Shown here: positions 1 to 10,571 of the stretch, one piece after another
How positions within the stretch are numbered: the stretch's first letter is position 1
Layout: each line of letters opens with the position of its first letter
DNA from: an uncultured Coriobacteriia bacterium
GTDB lineage: Bacteria; Actinomycetota; Coriobacteriia; Coriobacteriales; QAMH01
Direction: 5' to 3'
DNA length: 33,101 bases
Assembly (NCBI GenBank): GCA_902493755.1
Contig: CABURF010000001.1
Span: 1 to 33,101 of the forward strand
Notes under the pieces: generated by a model
The model's database searches: none
Told to the model about the DNA's origin: nothing
The model's input: the letters and a program-made list of their open reading frames with translations, nothing else
Position numbers and translations under genes: made by a program

Positions 1-19
1 CCTCGAGGGGCCGCTCGCG

Positions 20-52
20 AATGAGACAGTTGATCTGAGTAACTGTCTCATT
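20..52. repeat. Hairpin of the AATGAGACA/TGTCTCATT family (12-bp perfect stem, 9-nt loop), terminator-like, downstream of gyrA
   Basis: aatgagacagtt (20-31) pairs perfectly with aactgtctcatt (41-52). A T-run follows on the plus strand (51-54) and an A-run precedes it on the minus strand. The same termini recur at 5005-5035, 5727-5795 and 24510-24632. Confidence 0.7.
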
Positions 53-74
53 TTATTCCGGTACCGGTCACTAA

Positions 75-104
75 TGGGACAAATGACCTGTCCGTTTGTC
101 CCAC
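75..104. repeat. Single unit of the GACAAATGACCTGTCC palindromic repeat family, abutting the gyrA stop codon
   Basis: tgggacaaatgacctgtccgtttgtcccac. gggacaaa (76-83) pairs with tttgtccc (95-102). The 16-mer core lies at 78-93 and recurs at five other places in the window. Confidence 0.8.
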
Positions 105-2824
105 TAGTCCGTGGTGTCGATCTCGTCTTCGTCGACGTCGTCTTCCACGTCGGCGGGAACCTCGGTCTTCATCTGGCCGGAAATCTCCTCAGTGAGCAGC
201 TCGGTCTGGCCTTCGATGATCTCCTTCTTCTTTTTCTTGCCACCGGCCACGCGGGCGACCGCCACGACACGGTCGGAATCGTCAACGTTCATGACCTTGA
301 CGCCTTGGGTGGCGCGCGAAAGCTCGGAGATGTCGCTCGCTTTCACGCGAATCACGACACCCTCCTCGGAGACGATCATCATCTCGTGCTTCTCGTTGAT
401 GATCTTCATCGCGGCGATCTTGCCCTTCTTGTCGGTCATCTTGATCGTCGACATACCGCCACCACCGCGATGGTGCTCGGTGTACTCGGTGACCTTGGTG
501 CGCTTGCCGTACCCGCGCTCGGTGATAACGAAGAGGTCACTGTCATCAGGCGCGATCTCCATGCCAAGTACGCGATCGCCGCCCTTGACGTCGATGCGGA
601 TGCCATGGACACCCGTGGTGTCGCGACCCATGGGGCGAGCTTCGGACTCATCAAAGCGGATGGCCTTGCCTACACTGCTCACCATCATGACCTTCATGCC
701 GGGAGCCACACGGCGCACGGCGATGAGCTCGTCGGCGTCGCGCAGGTTGATGGCGATGAGACCGTTGGAACGCACGTTCTTGTACGCGTCGAAGGCCGTC
801 TTTTTGATCATGCCATGTGCGGTCGCGAAGAGCAGATACTCGTCGGCAGGGAAGTCGCGCGTGTTGATGACGGTCGCGACCTTCTCATCGTCCTCGATGG
901 GAAGCAGGTTGACGACGGGCGTGCCCTTGGCCTGGCGACTACCAAGCGGAATCTGGTGCACCTTCTGGCGGTATACCTTGCCCTTGCTCGTGAAGAAAAG
1001 CATGTAATCGTGCGTCGACGCAATGAAGAGCTGCTCGACGAAGTCATTCTCCTTGAGCTTCACACCGCTCATGCCCTTGCCACCGCGCTTCTGCTGGCGG
1101 TATGTGGCCACGGGCAAGCGCTTGATGTAGCCGCTGCGGGTGATGGTGACGACCATGTCCTCGTCGGCGATGAGGTCCTCGATGTCAAGGTCACGCGCCT
1201 CATCGGCAATCTCGGTGCGACGCTTGTCTCCATAGCGGCGCTTGATCTCGAGCATCTCGTCACGGATGATTTCCTTGACGAGGTTCTCGTCACCCAGAAC
1301 GCGCTTGTAGTAGGCGATCTTCTCGCGCAGCTCGGCGAGCTCGGTCTCGATCTTCTCGCGCTCGAGGCCGGTCAGGCGGCGCAGACGCATCTCGAGGATG
1401 TGGTTGGACTGCACCTCGGAGAGGCCAAAGCGCTCAATCAACTTGGCGCGGGCCTCGGCATCATCGCGCGAGGAGCGGATGATGGAGATGACCTCGTCGA
1501 TGTTGTCGAGCGCAATGACGAGGCCCTCGAGGATGTGAGCGCGCTCTTCGGCCTTGCGCAGCTCATAACGCGTGCGGCGCTGAATGACGTCAACCTGATG
1601 GTCGATGTAGTTGTAGAGCATGTCCTTGAGACTCAGGATATGCGGCACGCCGTTGACCAACGCGAGATTGTTGATGCCAAAGCCCGTTTGCAGCTGCGTG
1701 TGCTTGTAGAGCTTGTTGAGCACGACTTGTGGCTCTTCACCACGTTTGAGGTCGATGACGATGCGCATGCCCTTGCGGTCCGACTCGTCGTTGAGTCCGG
1801 AAATTTCCGTGACCGTCTTCTGCTTGACCAGGTCGGCGATTTTCTCGATAAGCTTGGCCTTGTTAACCTGATACGGAATCTCGGTCACGACGATGCGATT
1901 GCGGCCCGAGGTGCTCTTCTCGACGTGAGCCTTGGCGCGGATGGTAATCGAGCCATGACCAGTCTCGTACGCCTCACGGATACCACCTCGACCCATGATG
2001 GTCGCACCGGTCGGGAAGTCCGGACCGGGCATGATCTGCAGCAGCTCGTCGAGAGAGATGTCGGGGTTTTCCATGACGGCGATGGTCGCATCAATGGCCT
2101 CGCTGAGGTTATGCGGCGGAATGTTCGTCGCCATGCCGACGGCAATGCCGGCAGAACCGTTGACGAGCAGGTTCGGAAAACGCGCGGGGAGCACCTTGGG
2201 CTCCTGCATCGACTCGTCATAGTTGGGCTGCCAATCGACGGTCTCCTTCTCGAGGTCGGCGAGCAGCTCCATGGCCGGCTTGTTCAGACGCGCCTCGGTA
2301 TAACGCATGGCTGCGGCAGAGTCGCCGTCGATGGAACCGAAGTTACCATGACCGTCGATGAGCGGCACTCGCATCGAGAAATCCTGGGCCAGACGTACGA
2401 GCGTATCGTAGATAGCCGCGTCACCGTGCGGGTGGTATTTACCCATGCAGTCACCGACGGGGCGGGCACACTTGACGTGAGGCTTGTTGGGCGTGATGCC
2501 GCTCTCGCTCATTGCATAGAGGATGCGACGATGAACGGGTTTGAGACCGTCGCGCACATCCGGTAGGGCACGTGCAACGATAACCGACATCGAGTACTCG
2601 AGAAACGACGTGCGCATCTCGCGCGCGAAGTCGGTCTCGGAGACCTTGCCGACGTTGATGTCGAGCGTTCCGATGCCGTGATTAATCTTAGCTTCGAGGC
2701 TTTCCTCGCCGTTTTCGGCAACCTCCTCGACGGTTGCCTCCACAACCTCGGCAAACTCCTCATCTCCCATGAGGGATTCCTGGTTATCGTCGGCGTCGTT
2801 GGTGCCAAACAAATCGTCTACCAT
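104..2824 (-). CDS. gyrA: DNA gyrase subunit A
   Basis: 906-aa ORF with [27 protein letters not shown] and [10 protein letters not shown] (catalytic Tyr region). GGAGGG lies 10 nt upstream of the ATG. The gene starts 16 nt after the gyrB stop. It has a D/E-rich N-terminal extension and an acidic C-terminal tail. Confidence 0.97.
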   Translation of the reverse strand: MVDDLFGTNDADDNQESLMGDEEFAEVVEATVEEVAENGEESLEAKINHGIGTLDINVGKVSETDFAREMRTSFLEYSMSVIVARALPDVRDGLKPVHRRILYAMSESGITPNKPHVKCARPVGDCMGKYHPHGDAAIYDTLVRLAQDFSMRVPLIDGHGNFGSIDGDSAAAMRYTEARLNKPAMELLADLEKETVDWQPNYDESMQEPKVLPARFPNLLVNGSAGIAVGMATNIPPHNLSEAIDATIAVMENPDISLDELLQIMPGPDFPTGATIMGRGGIREAYETGHGSITIRAKAHVEKSTSGRNRIVVTEIPYQVNKAKLIEKIADLVKQKTVTEISGLNDESDRKGMRIVIDLKRGEEPQVVLNKLYKHTQLQTGFGINNLALVNGVPHILSLKDMLYNYIDHQVDVIQRRTRYELRKAEERAHILEGLVIALDNIDEVISIIRSSRDDAEARAKLIERFGLSEVQSNHILEMRLRRLTGLEREKIETELAELREKIAYYKRVLGDENLVKEIIRDEMLEIKRRYGDKRRTEIADEARDLDIEDLIADEDMVVTITRSGYIKRLPVATYRQQKRGGKGMSGVKLKENDFVEQLFIASTHDYMLFFTSKGKVYRQKVHQIPLGSRQAKGTPVVNLLPIEDDEKVATVINTRDFPADEYLLFATAHGMIKKTAFDAYKNVRSNGLIAINLRDADELIAVRRVAPGMKVMMVSSVGKAIRFDESEARPMGRDTTGVHGIRIDVKGGDRVLGMEIAPDDSDLFVITERGYGKRTKVTEYTEHHRGGGGMSTIKMTDKKGKIAAMKIINEKHEMMIVSEEGVVIRVKASDISELSRATQGVKVMNVDDSDRVVAVARVAGGKKKKKEIIEGQTELLTEEISGQMKTEVPADVEDDVDEDEIDTTD

Positions 2825-2840
2825 GTGATTTCATCCCTCC

Positions 2841-4829
<1,989 letters not shown>

Positions 4830-5004
4830 TCATGAATGCTCGGCACATTCTAGTGCATTTATCAGGCGATTTTACGCTAAAACACAATATTTTGTGTTTT
4901 GAGGGGTTTTTGGCTCCATGTATGGGGGTAAGGTGCTAAAAAGCACTGAAATGCGTTACAACGCAAATTTATAGCGATTCAAGATATTCGGCAAGGTCAA
5001 GAAT

Positions 5005-5035
5005 ATGAGACAGTTGCTTTGAGCAACTGTCTCGT
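5005..5035 (-). terminator. Stem-loop just downstream of the DUF721 gene stop, member of the TGAGACA/TGTCTC hairpin family
   Basis: gagacagttgc (5007-5017) pairs perfectly with gcaactgtctc (5023-5033), with a 5-nt loop. It lies 2-3 nt from the TAG stop at 5037-5039. On the minus strand it is followed by atattctt, a weak U-tract. Confidence 0.5.
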
Positions 5036-5036
5036 T

Positions 5037-5615
5037 CTATGCCGGACGCTGGTTTCTGAAGCTGTCGACACCCTTTTGCCACTCCAGACTTGCCTTGGCA
5101 GCAGCATAGGCAGTATCGCGAAGCTGGTCATTCTCGATGTGGGAGAGTGCTTCTTCAAGTCCCGAAAGCTCTTCTTCATCAAGTGCGACAGGTTGAGCTT
5201 TGCGGTAATCCTCATCCTCGGCTTCGAGGAGCTGGAGTGTCGTAAGACGACGCTCGCGAGCGGCATATTGCTCTTTTGAGACCTTGAAGGTGAGCTTCTC
5301 GACTTGCTCGGCCTTCCTCATGACATTGGAAGGTTCATCGGCGTCTTTGTTAAGTTCTATGTTGAGGTTGAGTCGCAAAAGCTCTGATTGCATGTTGAGT
5401 TCTGTCGCCCAAATAGAACTGTCGACGTATACGATAACCTCACTCGCTGCGGTGTTAGGTACGACGAAAACCGCGGTGACATGCTCGGCAATGCGCTTGT
5501 CGACAGATAGGTTCCAGGCGCGTTTTACCCGTGCCGTCGCAGAAAGATCGGGGTTGTTACGTTGGAGGGAACGAACGACTCCCTCTATCTCCGAACCAAT
5601 GTCATACCCCGTCAT
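5037..5615 (-). CDS. DUF721 (DciA-like) protein, the conserved actinobacterial gene between recF and gyrB
   Basis: The ORF occupies the recF-gyrB slot held by DUF721/Rv0004-type genes. The N-terminal part (RAWNLSVDKRIAEHVTAVFVVPNTAASEVIVYVDSSIWATELNMQSELL) fits DUF721, and the C-terminus is an acidic/coiled tail. The ATG at 5615 is preferred (GGGGG 6 nt upstream); the ORF is open to 5633. Confidence 0.75.
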   Translation of the reverse strand: MTGYDIGSEIEGVVRSLQRNNPDLSATARVKRAWNLSVDKRIAEHVTAVFVVPNTAASEVIVYVDSSIWATELNMQSELLRLNLNIELNKDADEPSNVMRKAEQVEKLTFKVSKEQYAARERRLTTLQLLEAEDEDYRKAQPVALDEEELSGLEEALSHIENDQLRDTAYAAAKASLEWQKGVDSFRNQRPA

Positions 5616-5713
5616 CACACACCCCCATGCCATGTTTATGTTCGTTTAGGTGCTTGATTCACTATAACGCATCAGAGGGCGCTGCATCGATAGAGATTTC
5701 TCGACTGTGGTTA

Positions 5714-5808
5714 GGGGACGGGAGAAAATGAGACACTTGCTCAGGGACGCTGTCTCATTAAAAATGAGACAGCGTCCCTGAGCAAGTGTCTCATTTTCTC
5801 CCGTCCCC
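5714..5808. repeat. Perfect 95-bp palindrome (46-bp arms, 3-nt centre) made of two inverted AATGAGACA...TGTCTCATT hairpin units
   Basis: Base-by-base check: 5714-5759 is the exact reverse complement of 5763-5808. Each arm contains its own 9-bp inverted termini (5727-5735/5751-5759 and 5763-5771/5787-5795). It lies 4 nt after the recF stop. Confidence 0.95.
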
Positions 5809-5812
5809 ACCG

Positions 5813-6979
5813 TCACCGATAATCGTAGCGCGTGCCCTCAATAGGCACGCGCACGATGGTGGCATGACTGAGAATGTCAGGGGAAAAATAGTCGAGGTTT
5901 GTCGTGGTGATGAAGGTTTGGACGTTTTTCTCAATGAAAGCCGTGAGAGCGTTGCGATGTTTCTCGTCGAGTTCGGACATGACATCGTCAAGAAGAAGGA
6001 CGGGTTCAGTTCCCATAAGCTCGTTGACAAGCTCGACACAAGCGAGTTTCATCACGAGAACGATGGTGCGCTGTTGCCCTTGAGAGGCAAAAAGACGGGC
6101 ATTTCTCTCGTTGATGAAGAAGGCCATCTCGTCCTTGTGAGGGCCCACAAGCGATATCCCGCGACGAAACTCTGCATCTGCCAGAAAATGAGATTGTTCG
6201 AGGAGCTCTCTCTGGAGCTCCTCGATGGTGAGAGATGATGAGTCGTCCCCGGGTTCGTACTGGTCGATGTCGCCAATCTGGCGTTGTTCACTATTGAAGC
6301 GTTTCCATGAAGGGATGTAACGAGCTGCAAGGCGCTCTTGGGGAACAACATCGCCATAGATTGTGGTCATGCGATCAAAGAGGCGATCGAAAAGCCGCCA
6401 GCGGGCAAGGCAGAGACGTGCACCGTGAACAGAGAAGGACTCGTCCCAGGAATCGAAAAGCGACCCCTCGTGTATGCCCTCTTTCAAGAGAAGGTTTCGC
6501 TGTTTGAGTGCTTGCTGATAGTCGCTCTTGAGTGAGGAGTAGTTTTTGGAAAGCTGAACGGCAAGGGCGTCGATGGCATCGCGTCGGCGAGCAGAGGATG
6601 CCTTGATGAGTTGAAGGTCATCGGGAATGAACAACACGCAGGGAAGGGACCCGCGAATTGCCGCAGGCGTCTTCTTCTTTCCGTTGACTTCATAGAGATG
6701 GTCGTTTTCGGATACGACAAGGCGATGCTCAAGGTGGCGCTTGTCTTCCTCTAGGTGAATGAGGGCGTATCCTTGTTGATTATCCCAGGAAACGAGCTCC
6801 GTCCACGAGGGCTTGCGAAAGGATGATGCAGAAGTGAGAAGCTGTATCGCCTCGATGACATTTGTTTTTCCAACCGCATTAGGTCCCACGATGATGACGA
6901 GGTTGCCCAGATCATCAAGGGACAGGTGCTTATACCCTCGTATGTTGTCGAGGGTGATGCTTGTAATCTTGAGCGCCAT
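5813..6979 (-). CDS. recF: DNA replication and repair protein RecF
   Basis: 388-aa ORF with N-terminal Walker A (GPNAVGKTNVIEAI) and an SMC-like C-terminal LLLDDVMSELD (Walker B/D-loop). It follows dnaN by 21 nt. Confidence 0.95.
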   Translation of the reverse strand: MALKITSITLDNIRGYKHLSLDDLGNLVIIVGPNAVGKTNVIEAIQLLTSASSFRKPSWTELVSWDNQQGYALIHLEEDKRHLEHRLVVSENDHLYEVNGKKKTPAAIRGSLPCVLFIPDDLQLIKASSARRRDAIDALAVQLSKNYSSLKSDYQQALKQRNLLLKEGIHEGSLFDSWDESFSVHGARLCLARWRLFDRLFDRMTTIYGDVVPQERLAARYIPSWKRFNSEQRQIGDIDQYEPGDDSSSLTIEELQRELLEQSHFLADAEFRRGISLVGPHKDEMAFFINERNARLFASQGQQRTIVLVMKLACVELVNELMGTEPVLLLDDVMSELDEKHRNALTAFIEKNVQTFITTTNLDYFSPDILSHATIVRVPIEGTRYDYR

Positions 6980-7000
6980 CGTGTGAGTGAAGACCAGACG

Positions 7001-8101
7001 CTAGTTCAGGCGGACGGGCATGGCGAGGTACAGGAAGTCTTCCTTGTCGACACTCTTGAGGATGCCGGGCTTGAGGGAGGATTGCAGCTCGATAAGCACG
7101 TCACCCTTGATCATGTTGAGTCCGTCGAGGATGTACTGGTGATTGAAGGCGATCTCCATGCTTGGGCCGTCTACCTCGGCACCGACGACCTCGGATGCTC
7201 CACCGACATCTGCGGTGTTGGCGGAGATGGTGACGTTTTGACCCTCGGCAGAGAATTGGAACCTGATGGGGGTGTGGGATTGCGCGAGGATTGCGACACG
7301 CTTGATGGCGGTGATGAGCGCTTGTGAGTCCGCCTGAATCGATACCTCGTGATCGGCGGGAATGAGCTGCTTGTAATTGGGGTAGGTGCCCTCGATCTTT
7401 CGGCTTACGAAGATCGTCTCGCCGAAGGTGATGAGAACCTGGTTTTCGGAGAATCCAACCGAGACGGAATCGCTCGAGAGGGCCAGACGGCAGACTTCAT
7501 CGAAGGTCTTACCGGGGATGATGGCGGAGAAGTCGTTGACATCGGAGTTGGGAACGGGAATCTCTGCAACGGCAAGGCGGTACGAGTCCGTTGCGGCGAG
7601 CGTCACGATACCATCTTTGACGGCGAAGAAGATACCGGTGAGGATAATGCGAGACTCATCGCGCGAGACTGCCTTGCCAACGCAGCGCACGGCATCGGCA
7701 AGCTCCGCGGGAGGAAGCACGATGGTTGTCGAGGGATTGACCTGCGGGAAATAGGGGAAGTCCGCAGGATTGAGCGCGGAGAGCGTGAAGGACGAGTCAA
7801 GGCAGGTGATATGTGCCTGCTCGTCTTGGGTGCTGACCTCGATAGATGCGTCGGGGAGGCTCTTGACGATATCTGCAAGCAGCTTGCCAGGGATGACGCA
7901 ACGGCCGGGCTCCTCGATGTTTGCGCTGGTAGCGTGTTTGATCGAGATTTCGAGATCGGTCGTCTGGAAGACGAGTTTGCCCTGATCGGTTGTCTCGAGC
8001 AGGATGCCCGAGAGGATGGGAAGCGTTGACCGCGACGACATGCCCTTTGATACGGTGTTGATGGCGTTCAGAAGGTCGTCCTTTGAGATTCTGAATTTCA
8101 C
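7001..8101 (-). CDS. dnaN: DNA polymerase III beta sliding clamp
   Basis: 366-aa ORF in the canonical slot between dnaA and recF. Its length and N-terminus (MKFRISKDDLLNAINTVSKG...LPILSGILLE) are typical of DnaN. Confidence 0.93.
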   Translation of the reverse strand: MKFRISKDDLLNAINTVSKGMSSRSTLPILSGILLETTDQGKLVFQTTDLEISIKHATSANIEEPGRCVIPGKLLADIVKSLPDASIEVSTQDEQAHITCLDSSFTLSALNPADFPYFPQVNPSTTIVLPPAELADAVRCVGKAVSRDESRIILTGIFFAVKDGIVTLAATDSYRLAVAEIPVPNSDVNDFSAIIPGKTFDEVCRLALSSDSVSVGFSENQVLITFGETIFVSRKIEGTYPNYKQLIPADHEVSIQADSQALITAIKRVAILAQSHTPIRFQFSAEGQNVTISANTADVGGASEVVGAEVDGPSMEIAFNHQYILDGLNMIKGDVLIELQSSLKPGILKSVDKEDFLYLAMPVRLN

Positions 8102-8327
8102 GTTTCTCTCTCCCCTATTATTATTAGTTCTTATTTATATATATCTAATAATCATAATAAGACAGGTGAATTAGTGGAAAACTTCTTTTCTACCAGTTCA
8201 ACCCCTCTTTTCCGATTGACGTTTCTTGTCGAAAACCGATTGCGTTATCAACAGATATTTTAGCGGGTAAAACTTATCAAGAGTTCCTCAACCTTCTATT
8301 CACTGGTTTTCTACGGGGTTATCCACG
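8102..8327. promoter_or_regulatory. oriC part 2: dnaA-dnaN spacer with an AT-rich unwinding-element candidate and DnaA boxes
   Basis: An almost pure A+T run lies at about 8116-8160. DnaA-box-like 9-mers are TTATCCACG (8319-8327), TTATCAACA (8245-8253) and AGTGGAAAA (8173-8181, rc TTTTCCACT). Confidence 0.7.
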
Positions 8328-9808
8328 TTAGCAACGCTCCTGGATGATCAATGTCAGCTGTTCGAGCTGGTCAAATAGTATCCGATTGTCTTTCTGGTCC
8401 CGCTCTATCTTGTTTACGCTGTGCATGACCGTCGTGTGGTCACGTCCCCCGAACTTCTTTCCGATTGACTCGAGGGACTCTTCCGTCATGTAACGGGAGA
8501 GGTAAATTGCGATATGGCGTGGGGTCGTGATGCCCTTGTAGCGCTTCGACGAAATCATGTCCTCGTGCGAAACCTTAAAGAAGCGCTCCACCTCGCTTTG
8601 GATGAGTGCGATGTCGATTTTCTTGTCCTGTATGGTCGGGAAGAAATCCTGGAGCAGTTCCTGGGCTTCCTCGATACTGATGCTGTTCTTCTTCAGCAAA
8701 GTCATGTTGCTCACGAGACGCGTGATGGCGCCTTCCATCTCTCTGATGTTTGAAGTCGCAACCTCTGCAAGGTATCCGAGCACGTCATCGGGGATATTTC
8801 CGTAGAAGCTCGTGTGTTGGTTCACGCGCGATAGGTAGTTTTTCAAGATGGCCAGGCGCGTCTCGTAGTCTGGTGGTTTGATGTCTGCGAGCAGACCCGA
8901 GATGAAGCGCGAACGCATGCGGTCGTCCATGTCGATGTCTTTTGGGGCGCGATCTGCAGAGAGCACGATTTGCTTGTTACGTTGAAGATGTTGAACAGCT
9001 GATTGATGGTTTCGTCCTTACCCTCGAGGTATTGGACGTCATCGACAAGCAAGATGTCTACCTGGTGATATTTGCTGTTGAAGGTCCCCCATTGGTTACG
9101 CTGCGTTGCCTCGACATAGTCGTTGAGGAACTTGTTAGCCGATACGTATCGCGTGGCCATACGCGGGAAGTTTTGCATCGCGTAGTTTGCGATTGCGACG
9201 AGCAAATGGGTCTTTCCCAAGCCCGAGTTCCCGTAGATGAAGAGCGGGTTATATGCGATTCCCGGTTGCTCTGCGACGGCGAGGGCAGCACCCCGGGCAA
9301 ACTCGTTTGATTTGCCCACGACGAAGGTGTCGAAGGTGCACTTTGAAAAGAGCGCCTCCTCCCCGCTTGTGGGGGATGAAGCATATTCTCCTCCCATACG
9401 CTCGGCTTCCTCGGCAGCGGGCATGGTTGAGGAGGGGGTATGGTTTGAAATACTCGATGGGTCGACGAATTGATTCATCCAGTCTGGTTCGGCTTGCTGC
9501 ACCGGCTCTTGTGTTGTTGTGACCTGCATGTTTGTTGCTTGTTGCTGGGGTACGTCTTTTTGCGTGTTGACGCCAAGCCCGATGCTTATTGGAGTGCCCG
9601 TGACCTGGAGAAGCTTTTCCTGCATTTCTCCAAGGTAGTTCTTCCTTACCCATGATTCGACGGGCGTACTCTCTGCAAGGAGAACGAATTGATCCCCAAA
9701 GACCCCAACGGGAGTAAGAAGATTCAGGAAGACGGTCTTTGGATCCTCTTCATCTGTATTTTCGAGAAGGAGGGCGAGTGTCTTGCTCCAGATTTCGTCT
9801 TTGTCCAT
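8328..9808 (-). CDS. dnaA: Chromosomal replication initiator DnaA, interrupted by a 1-nt frameshift near 8973-8984 as assembled
   Basis: Two overlapping ORFs (8843-9808 and 8328-8966) together give a full DnaA. The first carries domain I, Walker A (GNSGLGKTHLL) and Walker B (LLVDDVQYL). The second carries LSADRAPKDI, RLRSRF-like MRSRF and domain IV (GGRDHTTVMHSVNKIE). One added base restores a 493-aa reading frame. Confidence 0.9.
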
Positions 9809-9818
9809 CTCAAAAACC

Positions 9819-10571
9819 CTATCTGCTCAGGAATGCCAGGCCCTGGTTGGTCAGCATTCGCTTCTTTCCGCCCTCGGTCTTCTGAAGAAGGCCCATCTTC
9901 TCGAGCTTGTTAAGGGCGCGATGTCCTGTTGCGAGGCTTATATCGAGGTTCTGCTCGACTTCCGTCGGTCCGATGAGGCCCATTTCTTGGGCCAAGATAA
10001 GAATATTGTATTCTCGTTCTGAAAGGTCTTGGTCTATGTTCTTCTCCTGGCTTGGCATTTCGCGGTATACGACGGGAGTTGCCTGCGGAGTGCTTTTGTC
10101 GACTTGGATTGTGACAACGGTACCCTCTTTGATGTTGTCCTCGATGATAAGCCGTCCATTCGAAAAGCGCAGGTAATCCTTCACCGTTGGTAAACCCGAT
10201 CCGACTCCGCGTATATATTTGCGCATCTCCGTCGTCGCCGAGGTGAAACCAGGAAGCTGAGCATGCTGTTTGTCGGCAATGCCAGGTCCCTGATCGGTGA
10301 ATTTGATTGTGTTTCCATTATCGAGAATCGAGATGCAAGGATCGCGGAACTGCGCATGGATGAAGTTCTCGCAGACTTCCTTTATAACGGTATAGGGAAT
10401 TGAGCTCCCCTTTTGCTGGGCCAGCTCGTATGTCTTAGATGCGATTTCTTCAATGTATTGTGAGATATCTGTTGGCTGTATATCGATGACACGAGGTGCT
10501 GCAAGAAGATCATCGTATATTGCGATGCGCGTGGGGGTAAGCGCAGAGATGTCAGTTTCGAGGTTTCCCAT
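9819..10571 (-). CDS. GHKL (Bergerat-fold) ATPase domain fused to a C-terminal winged helix-turn-helix; first gene of the dnaA operon
   Basis: 250-aa ORF with N-box IKEVCENFIHA, G1 FTDQGPGI, G2 RGVGSGLP, then GTVVTI. Residues about 183-250 (LSEREYNILILAQEMGLIGPTEVEQNLDISLATGHRALNKLEKMGLLQK) resemble a MarR/TrmB-type wHTH. AAGGA lies about 9 nt upstream of the ATG. The stop is 10 nt before the dnaA ATG. Confidence 0.7.
   Translation of the reverse strand: MGNLETDISALTPTRIAIYDDLLAAPRVIDIQPTDISQYIEEIASKTYELAQQKGSSIPYTVIKEVCENFIHAQFRDPCISILDNGNTIKFTDQGPGIADKQHAQLPGFTSATTEMRKYIRGVGSGLPTVKDYLRFSNGRLIIEDNIKEGTVVTIQVDKSTPQATPVVYREMPSQEKNIDQDLSEREYNILILAQEMGLIGPTEVEQNLDISLATGHRALNKLEKMGLLQKTEGGKKRMLTNQGLAFLSR

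Noticed and set aside
74-2566. 830-aa plus-strand ORF covering most of the gyrA locus
   Set aside because: It is antisense to an unmistakable gyrA. The product is low-complexity (D/V/G/L/H-rich) with no motifs. Its start lies inside the palindromic repeat at 75-104. Long antisense ORFs are expected in G+C-rich coding DNA.
5700-5820. Calling the 95-bp palindrome (and the other repeats) a mobile element/MITE
   Set aside because: I found no target-site duplication at the flanks (tgtggttag versus accgtcacc), and there is no transposase or RAYT gene in the window. It is therefore reported as a repeat, not as a mobile element.
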